From: a bacterium
Lineage (GTDB): Bacteria > Electryoneota > Electryoneia > Electryoneales > Electryoneaceae
NCBI GenBank assembly: GCA_963675295.2
Contig: CAXXKJ010000002.1
Span: 4,448,001-4,512,000, forward strand
Direction of reading: 5' to 3'
Length of the DNA: 64,000 nucleotides
Below the pieces are notes generated by a model, which was not told where the DNA came from, ran no database searches, and worked only from the letters and a program-made list of their open reading frames with translations. This document shows positions 30,678-41,012 of the stretch, in pieces. Within the stretch, counting starts at the first letter, position 1. Each line of letters starts with the position of its first letter. The translations under genes and the position numbers were made by a program.

Positions 30678-31722
30678 GCGGTGGATCCTGATACTGCTCG
30701 TGCTCGTGTTGCTGCTTCCGTTGGGATGCCGGCGGAAGAAGAAGACGGAACAAATCAGTCTTGGCCGGACGTTGCGCGTCGTCGCGACCACGACCATCGT
30801 CGGCAATGTTGTGCAGGAGGTTGGCAAGGACAAGATCGACTTGACGATTCTGATTCCGGGCGAAGCCGATCCGCATGATTATGAGCTGACCCCCAGCGAC
30901 CTGCGTGCGATCAGCGACGCGGACATCATTTTTATCAACGGACTCGGGCTCGAACCGTTCATTGATGATATGGTTGAGCAGTCGGGGACGTCTGCGGACG
31001 TGGTTTCGGTTTCGAACGGTATCCGTCCGCGTCATTTCCAGGAGATGTCCAACTATCACCGGCTGGCGCAGGATGAGATTCGCGGCCAGTTCTATTCGGA
31101 CACCTCCGGGCACCAGATTGAACCGGACCCGGTGTTGCCGACGGTTGGTGATCCGCATGTGTGGACCAATCCGCACAACGTGATGGTGTGGACGGCGAAC
31201 ATCCAGGAAGCGATGGGCAAACACGACCCGGATAACGCCGGGGCGTACGGCACAAACGCCCAATGGTTCAAAACGAAGTTGCTTGACCTCGATGGCCGTA
31301 TCCTGCGGAAGGTTGAAGAAATTCCGCCGCTTTCACGTCACCTGATCACCGACCACCTGTTCCTCGGCTATTTCGCCGACCGGTACGGGTTTACGCAGGT
31401 CGGCACGATCATGCCGAACGCGAACATGGCGTCCTCGCCGTCCGTGAAGCAAATGGCGCGTCTTGAGGAATTGATCCGGCGGATGAAGGTGCCGACGATC
31501 TTTACCGGTTCTCCAATTGATGAATCGGTGGCGCAGCAGATCGCGAATGATTTGCGGATCGAGGTGCGGCGGCTGTATTCGGGCGGGCTGGCCTCGGAAG
31601 GGTCGCGCGCGACGACGTACATCGACTACATGGATTACAATCTCGAGCAGATGATTGAGGGGCTGAAGCCACGCCGTGTGCGCACATCCGATCCCACTCG
31701 ACCCGGAGCGATCCAGCGGTGA
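30667..31722 (+). CDS. Zn/Mn ABC transporter substrate-binding lipoprotein (TroA/ZnuA family)
   Basis: Lipobox LPLG-C; VVATTTI, DPHDYE, INGLGLE, DPHVW, DH..GYFA.RYG. Overlaps the lgt stop. Confidence 0.92.
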   Translation: MRTERWILILLVLVLLLPLGCRRKKKTEQISLGRTLRVVATTTIVGNVVQEVGKDKIDLTILIPGEADPHDYELTPSDLRAISDADIIFINGLGLEPFIDDMVEQSGTSADVVSVSNGIRPRHFQEMSNYHRLAQDEIRGQFYSDTSGHQIEPDPVLPTVGDPHVWTNPHNVMVWTANIQEAMGKHDPDNAGAYGTNAQWFKTKLLDLDGRILRKVEEIPPLSRHLITDHLFLGYFADRYGFTQVGTIMPNANMASSPSVKQMARLEELIRRMKVPTIFTGSPIDESVAQQIANDLRIEVRRLYSGGLASEGSRATTYIDYMDYNLEQMIEGLKPRRVRTSDPTRPGAIQR

Positions 31723-32480
31723 GTGAGCGGTTGTTGATCGAAGCGGCGGGATTGAAGGTGTCGTACCGGGACGCTGTCGCGCTGGAAGATATCAGTTTCG
31801 CAGTGTATGAGGGCGAGCGGATCGCGGTTGTCGGTCCCAACGGCGCTGGAAAAAGCACCCTGTTCAACACGTTAACCGGCCTGAAAGCATTGCAGGCCGG
31901 TTCGCTTTCGTTGCATCCCGTGAACGGTACCCCGCTGCGCATCGCCTTCCTGCCGCAGAAACCATCCCTCGACTGGGGGTTTCCGCTGACAGTGCTGGAC
32001 GCCGTCACCCTCGGCCTCGAACTGAAGCTGCCGAAACGGGAGGCGAAACAGGCCGCGCTTGACGCGCTCGAATTAGTGCATCTCGGCAACCTGCGCAAAC
32101 GCCGGATCAACGAGCTCTCCGGCGGCCAGCAGCAACGAGTGCTGATTGCGCGCGCGCTCGCGATCAGGGCGGACGTGTTGCTGATGGACGAGCCGCTAGT
32201 CGGACTGGACCAGCCGTCACGGGAGGATGTGTTCGCGGTGCTCGACACGTTGAGCCAGCGGCGGATTCCGGTGCTGGTTGCGTTGCACGACCTCAACCTC
32301 GCCACCGAGCGGTTCCCGCGTGCGTTGCTGCTGAACCGTCGGCTTGTCGCGGATGGCAGCCCGGCGGACATTTTCAGCACGGAGAATCTGACGCGAACCT
32401 ACGGTAGCCACCTGCATGTCGTGACCACCGACCAGGGTTCGGTGCTGGTTTCAGACACCTGCTGCGGCGGACGGCATTGA
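31719..32480 (+). CDS. Zn/Mn ABC transporter ATP-binding protein
   Basis: GPNGAGKST, LSGGQQQRVLIARAL, MDEP, HDL; C-terminal DTCCGGRH. Confidence 0.93.
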   Translation: MSERLLIEAAGLKVSYRDAVALEDISFAVYEGERIAVVGPNGAGKSTLFNTLTGLKALQAGSLSLHPVNGTPLRIAFLPQKPSLDWGFPLTVLDAVTLGLELKLPKREAKQAALDALELVHLGNLRKRRINELSGGQQQRVLIARALAIRADVLLMDEPLVGLDQPSREDVFAVLDTLSQRRIPVLVALHDLNLATERFPRALLLNRRLVADGSPADIFSTENLTRTYGSHLHVVTTDQGSVLVSDTCCGGRH

Positions 32481-33301
32481 TGGACTTCCTGCTTGATCCA
32501 CTCGCTTATCCCTTCATGCTGCGCGCGTTGGCTGTGGTGACGATTGTCGGCGTGTTGAACGCAATCGTCGGCACTTTCGTCGTGCTGCGCGGGATGTCAT
32601 TCTACGGCGACGCGCTTGCGCACGCGATCCTGCCGGGTGTCGCGGTCGGTTACCTGCTCGGCTTCGCGGAAAAGGACAGCCTGTTCTGGTGGGCGCTGCT
32701 CGCAGCGGCGATCAGCACGATGCTGATCGGGTGGATCCGTCACGACGTAAGACTGAAGGAAGACGTCGCCATCGGAATCACCTTCTCCGGCATGCTCGCG
32801 CTCGGTGTGGTGCTGATTTCGACCACCGAAAGCTATTCCACCGACCTGACCCATTTTCTCTTCGGCAACATCCTCGCGGTGGGCAACGACAGCCTGGTGC
32901 GGATGCTGGTCGCGGCAGTGATTGTGCTGCTGCTGCTGACGGTGTTCTACAAACGGCTGCTGCTGGTCTCGTTCGATCCGGAGCACGCACGGGTGCTGCA
33001 TGTGCCGGTGAGACGCTATGACACGCTACTGCTAGGGCTGATCGCGGTAACGATTGTCGCCTCACTACAGGCGGTCGGGATCGCGTTGATGACAGCGCTG
33101 CTGGTCACACCGGCGGCGACGGGTTATATCATCGCGAACCGGATCCGTGGGATGATGATCTACGGCGCCGTCGCGGCGGTGCTCAGTGGTGTGTTCGGGC
33201 TGTACCTCAGTTACTACATCGATCTCGCGCCTGGCCCGGCGGTGGTGCTGGTGATGACGGCGCTGTTCGCGGTGGTGTGGGGCGTGAAGCGGTTTGTGTA
33301 G
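32480..33301 (+). CDS. Zn/Mn ABC transporter permease (ABC-3)
   Basis: GDALAHAILPGVA, LFGNILAV, SFDP, LLVTPAA. Confidence 0.93.
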   Translation: MDFLLDPLAYPFMLRALAVVTIVGVLNAIVGTFVVLRGMSFYGDALAHAILPGVAVGYLLGFAEKDSLFWWALLAAAISTMLIGWIRHDVRLKEDVAIGITFSGMLALGVVLISTTESYSTDLTHFLFGNILAVGNDSLVRMLVAAVIVLLLLTVFYKRLLLVSFDPEHARVLHVPVRRYDTLLLGLIAVTIVASLQAVGIALMTALLVTPAATGYIIANRIRGMMIYGAVAAVLSGVFGLYLSYYIDLAPGPAVVLVMTALFAVVWGVKRFV

Positions 33302-33336
33302 GCTGTGGGCTGTGGGCTGTGGGCTGTGGGCTGTGG
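33301..33336. repeat. Heptamer tandem repeat (GGCTGTG)x5
   Basis: Begins at the permease stop codon. Confidence 0.9.
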
Positions 33337-33458
33337 AGAATATGTGCCCCTGCGGGCTTGTCCAGCAGGGGTGATCCGGCATAAGCATATCCCTGCTAGC
33401 GGAGCCATCAGGGGCACATGGCAGCATCTGCGCTTGTTACAAGCAGGGTCCTGACACA

Positions 33459-33490
33459 CCGGGGACACTTTGGGGACAAAGTGTCCCCGG
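33459..33490. repeat. GGGGACAC-family palindrome
   Basis: CCGGGGACACTTTGGGGACAAAGTGTCCCCGG. Confidence 0.8.
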
Positions 33491-33511
33491 TGTGCGATTC
33501 CACCTGAAGTC

Positions 33512-34030
33512 TTATCCCCTCCCCAACAACCGATCCATGTACTCGACGTACCCCTCCTCCCCTTCGTCCGGTGCCCAGGTCGCGAAATCCTTGTCGGTCG
33601 CCGGTGACCATGGGCCGGGCTTGACCTCGAAGACGACGGTATCCGGTTCAGTGGCGATGAAGGTGTGGAAGACACCCGCCTTGACGTCGATCCCGAACGA
33701 CGCGGTCCCCGCCCGTACGTGCTGGACGGCGTTGACGGTTCCGTCCTCGTGAAACGTGTAGAAGGTCAACGCACCACGCAGCAGCACGAGGGCCTCATCC
33801 TTCGGCGGGTCGAGGTGGCGGTGCGGACGGATGTAGCTGCCGGGCTGGACGGCGTTCAACATGCGGTGCAGTGTGTTCTCCGGACCGTCATGGAACGGCA
33901 GGATGATCCGTTTGCGTGGGCTTTCCCGGGACGCAAAGATCGCGGCGTCAATGAGATTATCGGTCAGCGTGACCAGCTCGCCGGTCGGCGACTTGAGCGC
34001 ACGTGGATAGGATTGTTGATCAATGGACAT
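33512..34030 (-). CDS. WbuC-family cupin-fold metalloprotein
   Basis: SPRKR...FH...HRMLNAVQPGSYIRPHRH..K.E...FHT...VFEVKPGP; GGAG-like RBS before MSIDQ. Confidence 0.88.
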   Translation of the reverse strand: MSIDQQSYPRALKSPTGELVTLTDNLIDAAIFASRESPRKRIILPFHDGPENTLHRMLNAVQPGSYIRPHRHLDPPKDEALVLLRGALTFYTFHEDGTVNAVQHVRAGTASFGIDVKAGVFHTFIATEPDTVVFEVKPGPWSPATDKDFATWAPDEGEEGYVEYMDRLLGRG

Positions 34031-34151
34031 GATTCCCTCTGGCGGCTTGATCAGGCTCCACGAAGATACGGTACTATGTTGGAAATAACACGCCGAGTCT
34101 GTACCGAAATGGCGTACCTTTCCCTCAGCGGAATTCTGGCAGGGGAGACTC

Positions 34152-36668
34152 ATGATTCAGATGACAGGGGTACGATCCGGGGTGATTGTGGTTGCGGTAG
34201 CAGTGTTCTGCATGATGGTGCTGGGGGCTGATTCGATCACGAGCCAGCCAACTATCGCGGTGACCAGCGACGGCGATTACGACATCGTCGAGGTCGGCGG
34301 GCCGTATGTGGGCGCGGAATTCCACCGTCGCAAGCCCGCACCAACCCGTATCAGCTTTTACACGCCAGTCGCAAACAGCCTCGACCCGAGCCAGGACTAC
34401 TGGACCCGGGACACCACCCGCACCCTCGACCTGCTGTTGCAATTCCGTGACAACGTCAGCGGCGAAGCGGTCGGCGGGATGGGTGTGCTCAACGACGTGC
34501 CGTGGGACTGCGAGTGGACACCGTACAGGGCGACATTCAGCCAGTTCACCGCGCTCAACCAGTCGATCACCTACGAGTTCGGGCAGACGTTGCCGCTGAT
34601 GGCGGTGACGTTCTCGCTTGAGAACCCGGACGCCGAGCGGGTCGCGTTGACCCTGGGTGCTCGGCTGAACACGATGCTGCGAACCTGCCACAGCTACACC
34701 CCGCGTCAACCGACCCGTGTGACTGAAGCGCTCAACGGAAAAGCGTTCGTCCTCGAATACGCGTACGACGACACCGACTCCGCCGCGGTGCTGTTGCTGA
34801 CCGATGCTCTCAGGGTCAACAATTCCCGTGTATGGACCTCTGACAGCGCACGTGTTGGATTCACCGTGCCACTGACATTGCCACCCCTGGCCAAACGGGA
34901 GTGCACCCTGGTAATCGCGTCGTGCCGGATCAACGAAGTCAAGGAGACGCTGGTGCGGATCCGCGACGGCTGGTGGGACGATGTTCACGCGCACGAACAG
35001 AGCGTGATGGCGTACGCCGACCGCTCGACCGTGTACGAAGCGGACAGCACGTTGATCCACACTGAACGATGGGCGAAGGCGGTGATGCAGGTGGACCGTC
35101 ACTGGCTGAACGGATCGCTGGTGCCGATGCCGTGCCCGGCGCAGTACAACTTCTTCTTCACGCATGACATGCTGCTTACTGATTTGGGAACGGTCTACTT
35201 CGACACGGAGACGGTGCGCGAAGACCTGCGCTTTCTGCACACGCTGACCCGTGCCGACTCGACCCTCGCGCATGCGTATTACTGGAAAGACGGCGAGTAT
35301 GTCACCGAATTCTGCGGCGACAACTCGTGGAATCACCTGTGGTTCATCCAACTTGCCGCGGCGTATTTGCGGCACAGCGGGGATGCGGAAACGGTGACTG
35401 AGCTGCTGCCGGACCTGCAACACAGCCTGACGGCGGCGTTGTCGCAACGCGGGCCGGACGGCCTCGTGCACGGCAACTACCCGGACTGGTGGGACATCGG
35501 GAATGTACCCGGCGCGCGGGCGTATTTGACGGCATTGACCGCCCGGGCGCTGCAGGACGCGGCGTACATCTCGGTGAAGCTGGACAATGCCGGGCTGGTT
35601 CCGGACGATTGGCAAGTTGTTCACGACGAGTTGCTTGCCAACATGAACGAGCGGCTGTGGTCGGACGAGCACGGCTTCCTGTTGAACACCATCGGCGACA
35701 CGTTGGATACGCACCTCTACGCCGGATCGCTGGTCGCGGCGTGGTTCGACCAGCTGCCGCCGGACCGTGCGGAGACGATGGTCGCGACGGCGTCCCGTGA
35801 GCTGGTCGATCCGGAGATCGGGCTGCGGATCGTGATGCCGGCGGACTTCCACCTGCTGGAGGACGCGTACAACTTTCACGGTCCGGAGGCGGGCGCGGCG
35901 TACACCTACATCAACGGCGGCGTCTGGCCGCATGGGAACGCGTGGTATGCATTCGCGCAACTGCACACCGGCGATGCGGACGGCGCGTTGGCGTCATTGA
36001 AGAAGTTTCTCACGCTGGACGGTGTCCGCAACAGCCCGAACGGGCAGGCATCGTTCTACGAATACCGTTTCTCCGATCGCGATTCGCCGAAGTATGGCAG
36101 CTTCGACAAGCCAACGTTCCTCTGGATGGGCGGCTGGTACATGAACGTGCTGTATTCGCTGGCGGGTGTGCGGGAAGACCCGTGGGGCGTGCAGATCACG
36201 CCGGAGCGGCCGTCGCAGTGGGAGACGCACACGTTCCCATTGACGGTGAACGGGCAGACGGTGGATGTTACGGTCCACGGCGGCGCATCGACCGACGCTC
36301 CGATGGCGTTCCGGCGGATTCTCCGGGATGGTCAACCATGCGGATCGGCGGTGTTGTACGGGTCACAGTCCACTCTGGAATTCGAACGGGGTGTGCCGGA
36401 GATACCATACCTTGTGTCGGCGTCGATACTGGTGGAGGACGTGAGGTGGGACGAGTCACGGCGGCAGTTGACTGTTCAGCTGCGTGGCACACCCGGCCAG
36501 ATGTGGAGCTGCACGTTGGCGTCCGCAACCCGCCGTGACCAGGTGACGGTTGTCGGCGATACAGGGCCGACGTCGCGCGAAGAGTTCGTCCAGGAAGACG
36601 GCGTAATCTGGACGACGCTGAGTGGTGAACGGACGTCGGGGACCGTGACGCTGACGATTCAGTATTGA
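34152..36668 (+). CDS. Secreted six-hairpin (alpha/alpha)6 glycoside hydrolase/phosphorylase-like protein
   Basis: N-terminal hydrophobic signal; FFTHD, DWWD, YINGGVWPHGNAW, FLWMGGW...LAGVR. Family not resolved. Confidence 0.7.
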   Translation: MIQMTGVRSGVIVVAVAVFCMMVLGADSITSQPTIAVTSDGDYDIVEVGGPYVGAEFHRRKPAPTRISFYTPVANSLDPSQDYWTRDTTRTLDLLLQFRDNVSGEAVGGMGVLNDVPWDCEWTPYRATFSQFTALNQSITYEFGQTLPLMAVTFSLENPDAERVALTLGARLNTMLRTCHSYTPRQPTRVTEALNGKAFVLEYAYDDTDSAAVLLLTDALRVNNSRVWTSDSARVGFTVPLTLPPLAKRECTLVIASCRINEVKETLVRIRDGWWDDVHAHEQSVMAYADRSTVYEADSTLIHTERWAKAVMQVDRHWLNGSLVPMPCPAQYNFFFTHDMLLTDLGTVYFDTETVREDLRFLHTLTRADSTLAHAYYWKDGEYVTEFCGDNSWNHLWFIQLAAAYLRHSGDAETVTELLPDLQHSLTAALSQRGPDGLVHGNYPDWWDIGNVPGARAYLTALTARALQDAAYISVKLDNAGLVPDDWQVVHDELLANMNERLWSDEHGFLLNTIGDTLDTHLYAGSLVAAWFDQLPPDRAETMVATASRELVDPEIGLRIVMPADFHLLEDAYNFHGPEAGAAYTYINGGVWPHGNAWYAFAQLHTGDADGALASLKKFLTLDGVRNSPNGQASFYEYRFSDRDSPKYGSFDKPTFLWMGGWYMNVLYSLAGVREDPWGVQITPERPSQWETHTFPLTVNGQTVDVTVHGGASTDAPMAFRRILRDGQPCGSAVLYGSQSTLEFERGVPEIPYLVSASILVEDVRWDESRRQLTVQLRGTPGQMWSCTLASATRRDQVTVVGDTGPTSREEFVQEDGVIWTTLSGERTSGTVTLTIQY

Positions 36669-36689
36669 TCGCTTGTCCGAGGTGCAGAG

Positions 36690-36721
36690 AAAACCCCGCC
36701 ATGCGAAGAATGGCGGGGTTT
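36690..36721. terminator. Bidirectional rho-independent terminator
   Basis: AAAACCCCGCCAT-loop-ATGGCGGGGTTT between convergent genes. Confidence 0.85.
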
Positions 36722-36726
36722 GTTGT

Positions 36727-38022
36727 TCATGTCTTCTGTTCCTTCTTCTTCGCGGCGGGGAACAGGATGTTGTTCAGAATCAGCCGGTAGCCGGGGCTGT
36801 TGGGGTACAGCCGCAGGTCGGTGGGCGGGTCCTGGATGCGGTGGCGGTAGTCTTCCGGATCGTGGCCGCCGTAGAAGGTCCACGTGCCGTCGCCGCTGTT
36901 CCCGTGGATGTATTTCGCGATGCCCGCGCCCTCGATGCGTCCCATGATGATCACGTCCGGCTTGATGTACTGCTCGTAGAACGCCGTGGTCTGGCCCATG
37001 AAGCCCTTGACCACGCTGGTGTGGCACTGGGTGAGCATGGTCGGGACCGGATCGTGCTTCGCGCTGAACTCGAACAGGGTGAAGTAATCGCCAGCGTCCC
37101 CGCGTGAGCTGGTGCCGGTGGACGGGGTGGCGTCTATGGTGGAGAACTCGTACTCCGCCGGATCGAACGACAGCCGGAAATTCTGGAACGCGAAGGTGCT
37201 GTTGAAGTGGAGTTTGTCCTGCGCGTTCGCGTCCGGCGGGTCGCCGTCGAACTGCGCCGGCACGATGTCGATACCCATAGCGGCCTGGGCGATGTCGTAG
37301 CTGTCAGTGGCGGAACACATTGCGAACAGGAACCCGCCCTTATCCACGTATTCCCGGACACTCGCGACCACCGCCGCCTTCATTTCGGAGACCTTGCCGA
37401 AGCCGAGCCGTGCCGCGCGATCTTCCTGCGCCAGTTGCCGGGCGATGTACCAGTCGGCACCCCGGTAGACTCCCCAGAATTTGCCATACTGGCCGGTGAA
37501 ATCCTCGTGGTGCAGGTGCAGCCAGTCATACTCACTCAACTGACCGGCGAGAACTTCGGTATCGTAGACCTTGTCGAATGGTATCTCGGTGTATTCGAGC
37601 ACCATCGAGACGGCGTCGTCCCACGGCTCCACATCCGGTGGCTGATAGACCGCGATGTCCGGCGCTTTTTCGAGCCGCACCGCCTCCATGTTCGAATCGT
37701 CGATTTCGGCGTAGATGGACGCGACCTGGCTGTCGCTGACGCGTTCCGAACGTACCCCCTTGAGACGGCAGAGACGCTCAATGTCCGGGTGAAAGTCGAT
37801 CAGGAACGATCCGCCGCGAAAGTTGAGCAGCCACTCGGCGACCGCGCCGGCCTTGATCGCGTTGTAGGTGACGCCGTACGCGCGCAGGTGGTTGGTCTGG
37901 GTCAGGTCCATCGGCAGCAGCAGCTTGTCCGCCCGGGCGGTCACAGCGGTGGCGAGCATCGCCAGCAGCAGGGCCGGGATCAGGAACAGGCGCTTCAGGG
38001 TGTGGGTCGAAAACGGGATCAT
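36727..38022 (-). CDS. Conserved FCB-group exported protein (class-I GATase-like fold; often mislabelled asparagine synthetase B)
   Basis: Signal peptide; PMD..Q.NHL.AYG, WLLNFRGGSF, DWLHLHHEDFTGQYGKF, GGHDPEDY, PGYRLILNNILFPAA. Confidence 0.8.
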   Translation of the reverse strand: MIPFSTHTLKRLFLIPALLLAMLATAVTARADKLLLPMDLTQTNHLRAYGVTYNAIKAGAVAEWLLNFRGGSFLIDFHPDIERLCRLKGVRSERVSDSQVASIYAEIDDSNMEAVRLEKAPDIAVYQPPDVEPWDDAVSMVLEYTEIPFDKVYDTEVLAGQLSEYDWLHLHHEDFTGQYGKFWGVYRGADWYIARQLAQEDRAARLGFGKVSEMKAAVVASVREYVDKGGFLFAMCSATDSYDIAQAAMGIDIVPAQFDGDPPDANAQDKLHFNSTFAFQNFRLSFDPAEYEFSTIDATPSTGTSSRGDAGDYFTLFEFSAKHDPVPTMLTQCHTSVVKGFMGQTTAFYEQYIKPDVIIMGRIEGAGIAKYIHGNSGDGTWTFYGGHDPEDYRHRIQDPPTDLRLYPNSPGYRLILNNILFPAAKKKEQKT

Positions 38023-38233
38023 CGCGTCATGCCATATCGCTAATCGTTTGCAAGCAGACAATGTGCAGGTTGCACCGTGTGGAAGGAAGTGCGGTTCCGA
38101 GTACTCCTTGAGGAACGGAGTGAGCCCATGTCCGGGATTTTTGGGGAATGGCATTGCAGATTTCGCATATTGCGGACTGTGGGCAGGGTTGCAGAAACGG
38201 TTCCCGTTTGGGACAAACGAGACGAGGCTGGCG

Positions 38234-39478
38234 ATGCGGATGAACGGTTGGGCCGTTGTGGCGGTGGGGTGTGTGCTGCTTATGGCAGTGCAGGCAGGAG
38301 CGTACGAGGTCGGCCATGTCACCCGTGACTGGTACGACGCCGAGCGGGACATCTCAGTCGGGGTCGAGGTGTATTACCCGGGGACAGAAGCGGGCAACAA
38401 TGTCCCGGTGGCGATTCCACCGGAGGGTGGTTTCCCGGCGATCGCGTTCGGGCACGGCTACCTGATCCCGTGGAGTGATTACAGCTACATCTGGGAAGAG
38501 CTGGTGCCGGAGGGGTACATCCTGCTGATGGCAACCGGCCGTAGCGGACTTTTCCCGGATCACGAGCAGTTCGGCCTCGACCTGGCATTCCTGGTGGACG
38601 AGATCTTCGAGCGCAGCATGGACCCGGAGTCCGGCTGGTACGAGAAGATCAGCACGAAGAGCGCGGTGATGGGCCATTCGATGGGTGGCGGCGCGAGTGT
38701 GCTGGCGGCGTCGTACAACCCGGAGATTGATGCGGTGATCAACCTCGCGGCGGCGGAGACGAATCCGTCTGCAATCCAGGCGGCGTCGTCGGTGGATGTT
38801 CCAATGATGCTGTTGGCTGGGTGGAATGACTGCGTCACACCGCTCGAGGATCACCAGCTGCCGATGTACGGCGCGCTTGCCTCGGGGACGCGTGCCCTGA
38901 TCAACCTCGACGGCGCGACCCATTGTCAGTTCTGCAACTACAATTTTACCTGCGAGCTGGGCGAATTCTCCTGCCCGGACCCGGAGATTTCACGTGAGGA
39001 ACAACACGCCCGGGTGATCGAATTCAGCCTGCCATTCCTGAACTATTTCCTTTACGATGAATTGGCGGCGTGGGCTGAGTACCGTGAGCAGGTGGAGACC
39101 GGCGTGGGGTTCGATTACGCGTTCGAAACCGATGTCCCGTTGTTCCTGATTGACGTGCGCGCGAATGAGGAACCGGTCTTGATTCCGTCGGACGGTGGCG
39201 AGGTGGAGTTCACCTTCGAGCTGGCGAGTTCGCGTGGCGCGATGACCATGGGGTCTGCGTGGCTGACGATTCAGATGCCGAACGGGAACGTGATCGGCCC
39301 GCTCGGATTCCAGAGCCTGACGCTGCCGCCATACTTCACGATCGAACCGATGGCCGGATCGCAGGACATTCCCGGCCCCGCGCCGGACGGACAGTACGAG
39401 TTCCGCGTCCAGGCGGGACGGTATCCGAACCTGATTGTCGCGCAGGATACTCTGGTCGTGATCAAGGGGGATGAATGA
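38234..39478 (+). CDS. Secreted alpha/beta hydrolase (chlorophyllase/cutinase/dienelactone-hydrolase-like) with novel C-terminal domain
   Basis: Signal peptide; FGHG, GHSMGGG nucleophile elbow, AG..DC, GATHCQF; C-terminal IPSDGG...IPGPAPDGQY domain. Confidence 0.85.
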   Translation: MRMNGWAVVAVGCVLLMAVQAGAYEVGHVTRDWYDAERDISVGVEVYYPGTEAGNNVPVAIPPEGGFPAIAFGHGYLIPWSDYSYIWEELVPEGYILLMATGRSGLFPDHEQFGLDLAFLVDEIFERSMDPESGWYEKISTKSAVMGHSMGGGASVLAASYNPEIDAVINLAAAETNPSAIQAASSVDVPMMLLAGWNDCVTPLEDHQLPMYGALASGTRALINLDGATHCQFCNYNFTCELGEFSCPDPEISREEQHARVIEFSLPFLNYFLYDELAAWAEYREQVETGVGFDYAFETDVPLFLIDVRANEEPVLIPSDGGEVEFTFELASSRGAMTMGSAWLTIQMPNGNVIGPLGFQSLTLPPYFTIEPMAGSQDIPGPAPDGQYEFRVQAGRYPNLIVAQDTLVVIKGDE

Positions 39479-39580
39479 AGCATCGGATGCGAATGATGCA
39501 ACAGATGCAAAAGACGCAACTGATGCAACTGACGTAGTGTTTTTACTGCATCACGCGTTGGATAAAGACGAGATAAAAGC

Positions 39581-39610
39581 ACGGGGACACTTTCGGAAAA
39601 GTGTCCCCGT
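39581..39610. repeat. GGGGACAC-family palindrome
   Basis: ACGGGGACACTTTCGGAAAAGTGTCCCCGT. Confidence 0.8.
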
Positions 39611-39653
39611 ATTGGTTTACGAGAGACAAAAGACCAGAGACGAATGACTGACC

Positions 39654-41012
39654 TTACACCTCAACGTCCTTCCAGTCCCCGCTGATAAACTTGCGGGTGT
39701 AGAGCAACGCGATCATGCCGATGTAGACCAGCATCGCGACCCAGGCACCGACCAGCCCGAAGCCGAGCGGGTAGGCCATGATCCACGCCAGCGGCAGGAA
39801 AACGAACCAGTTGACGCTGATTTCGGTCAGCATCACGTAGCGGTTGAGCCCGACTCCCTCGAACGCGCCACTGAAGACGATCCCCATGGCGTCGATGGTC
39901 TGGATCACACCCATCATCCGCAGTGGGAACGTTCCGAGGCGAATCACATTCGCATCGGTGGTAAACAGGCTTAGCAACTGCTCAGGGATCGCGATGAACA
40001 TCAGGCCGACAACACCCATCACCATCATCCCCAACTGAGCTGCGGTCCACCCGTAGGTTTGAGCGGCGTCCGGGTTTTTCTCGCCCAGTTTCTGGCCCAT
40101 CAACGTGGCGGCAGCGGTGCCGAAACCGACACCGGGCAGGAACGAGATTGACATGATGTTGATAATGATGTTCGTCGCCGCCATCTCGGCCGTGCCGATC
40201 CGAGCGACAATCGTGCTGAAAAGCGTGAACCCGAGCATCGCCAGCATGATTCGTGCGCCGGACGGCAGCGACAGCCGGAGAATGCGTCCCATCACTTCGC
40301 GGTTGATGTTCGTCCGCTGGTAATACTTGAACTCATCGCGTCGCTTGAAGAGCGTGCCTGTGCTGATAAACGCGGCCATGCCGATCAGGGTGCCGATAGT
40401 GCTCGCCAGTCCCGCCCCGGCGGCTCCCATTTCCGGGAAGCCGAAGTTGCCGAAGATGAACAGGTAGTTGAACAACACGTTGAACCCGTTCACGGTGAGC
40501 ATCGCGCGCATCGAAAATTCGGTCCGGCCGATGCCGTCGAAGAACCCTCGATGCGCCATGATGATCAGGTATGGCAGCAGCGCGAAGAGGCGGTAGAAGA
40601 CGTACTCCCGTCCCATCTCGATCACAGCGGCGTCGTGCGTGAACAGCGGAAACGCTGTCCGCAGGGCGAATTGCGCGACGATCGTCATCAGTGTGCCGAG
40701 CACCAACGCGATCAGGATCGCGTTGTCGAGCGCCCGGCCGGCGTAGAGCAGGTTCTTCTCGCCGTAGCGGCGGGAGACGATCGCCTGCACGCCGATGTGC
40801 AGCGCGCCGATGCCACCCATCACCATCCACGAGACGACACCACCGAGCCCGGTCGCGGCCAGTGCGGACGCGCCGATACGGCCCACCATCGCGGTGTCAA
40901 CCACGCCGACGAGGGTTTGCGAAATCATCCCGACTACCACCGGCCAGGCGATTAGCCAGGTGGTGCGGTAGCGACCATTGTAAAGTTGTTCAGCAGTCTG
41001 TATCTGTTGCAT
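39654..41012 (-). CDS. MATE family efflux transporter
   Basis: VDTAMVGRIG..ALAA, NYLFIFGNFGFPEMGAAGAGLAS, GFGTAAATLMGQKLG. Confidence 0.93.
   Translation of the reverse strand: MQQIQTAEQLYNGRYRTTWLIAWPVVVGMISQTLVGVVDTAMVGRIGASALAATGLGGVVSWMVMGGIGALHIGVQAIVSRRYGEKNLLYAGRALDNAILIALVLGTLMTIVAQFALRTAFPLFTHDAAVIEMGREYVFYRLFALLPYLIIMAHRGFFDGIGRTEFSMRAMLTVNGFNVLFNYLFIFGNFGFPEMGAAGAGLASTIGTLIGMAAFISTGTLFKRRDEFKYYQRTNINREVMGRILRLSLPSGARIMLAMLGFTLFSTIVARIGTAEMAATNIIINIMSISFLPGVGFGTAAATLMGQKLGEKNPDAAQTYGWTAAQLGMMVMGVVGLMFIAIPEQLLSLFTTDANVIRLGTFPLRMMGVIQTIDAMGIVFSGAFEGVGLNRYVMLTEISVNWFVFLPLAWIMAYPLGFGLVGAWVAMLVYIGMIALLYTRKFISGDWKDVEV

Noticed and set aside
36727-38022. Asparagine synthetase B
   Set aside because: No N-terminal Cys Ntn-amidotransferase domain or SGGLDS motif, and it has a signal peptide.
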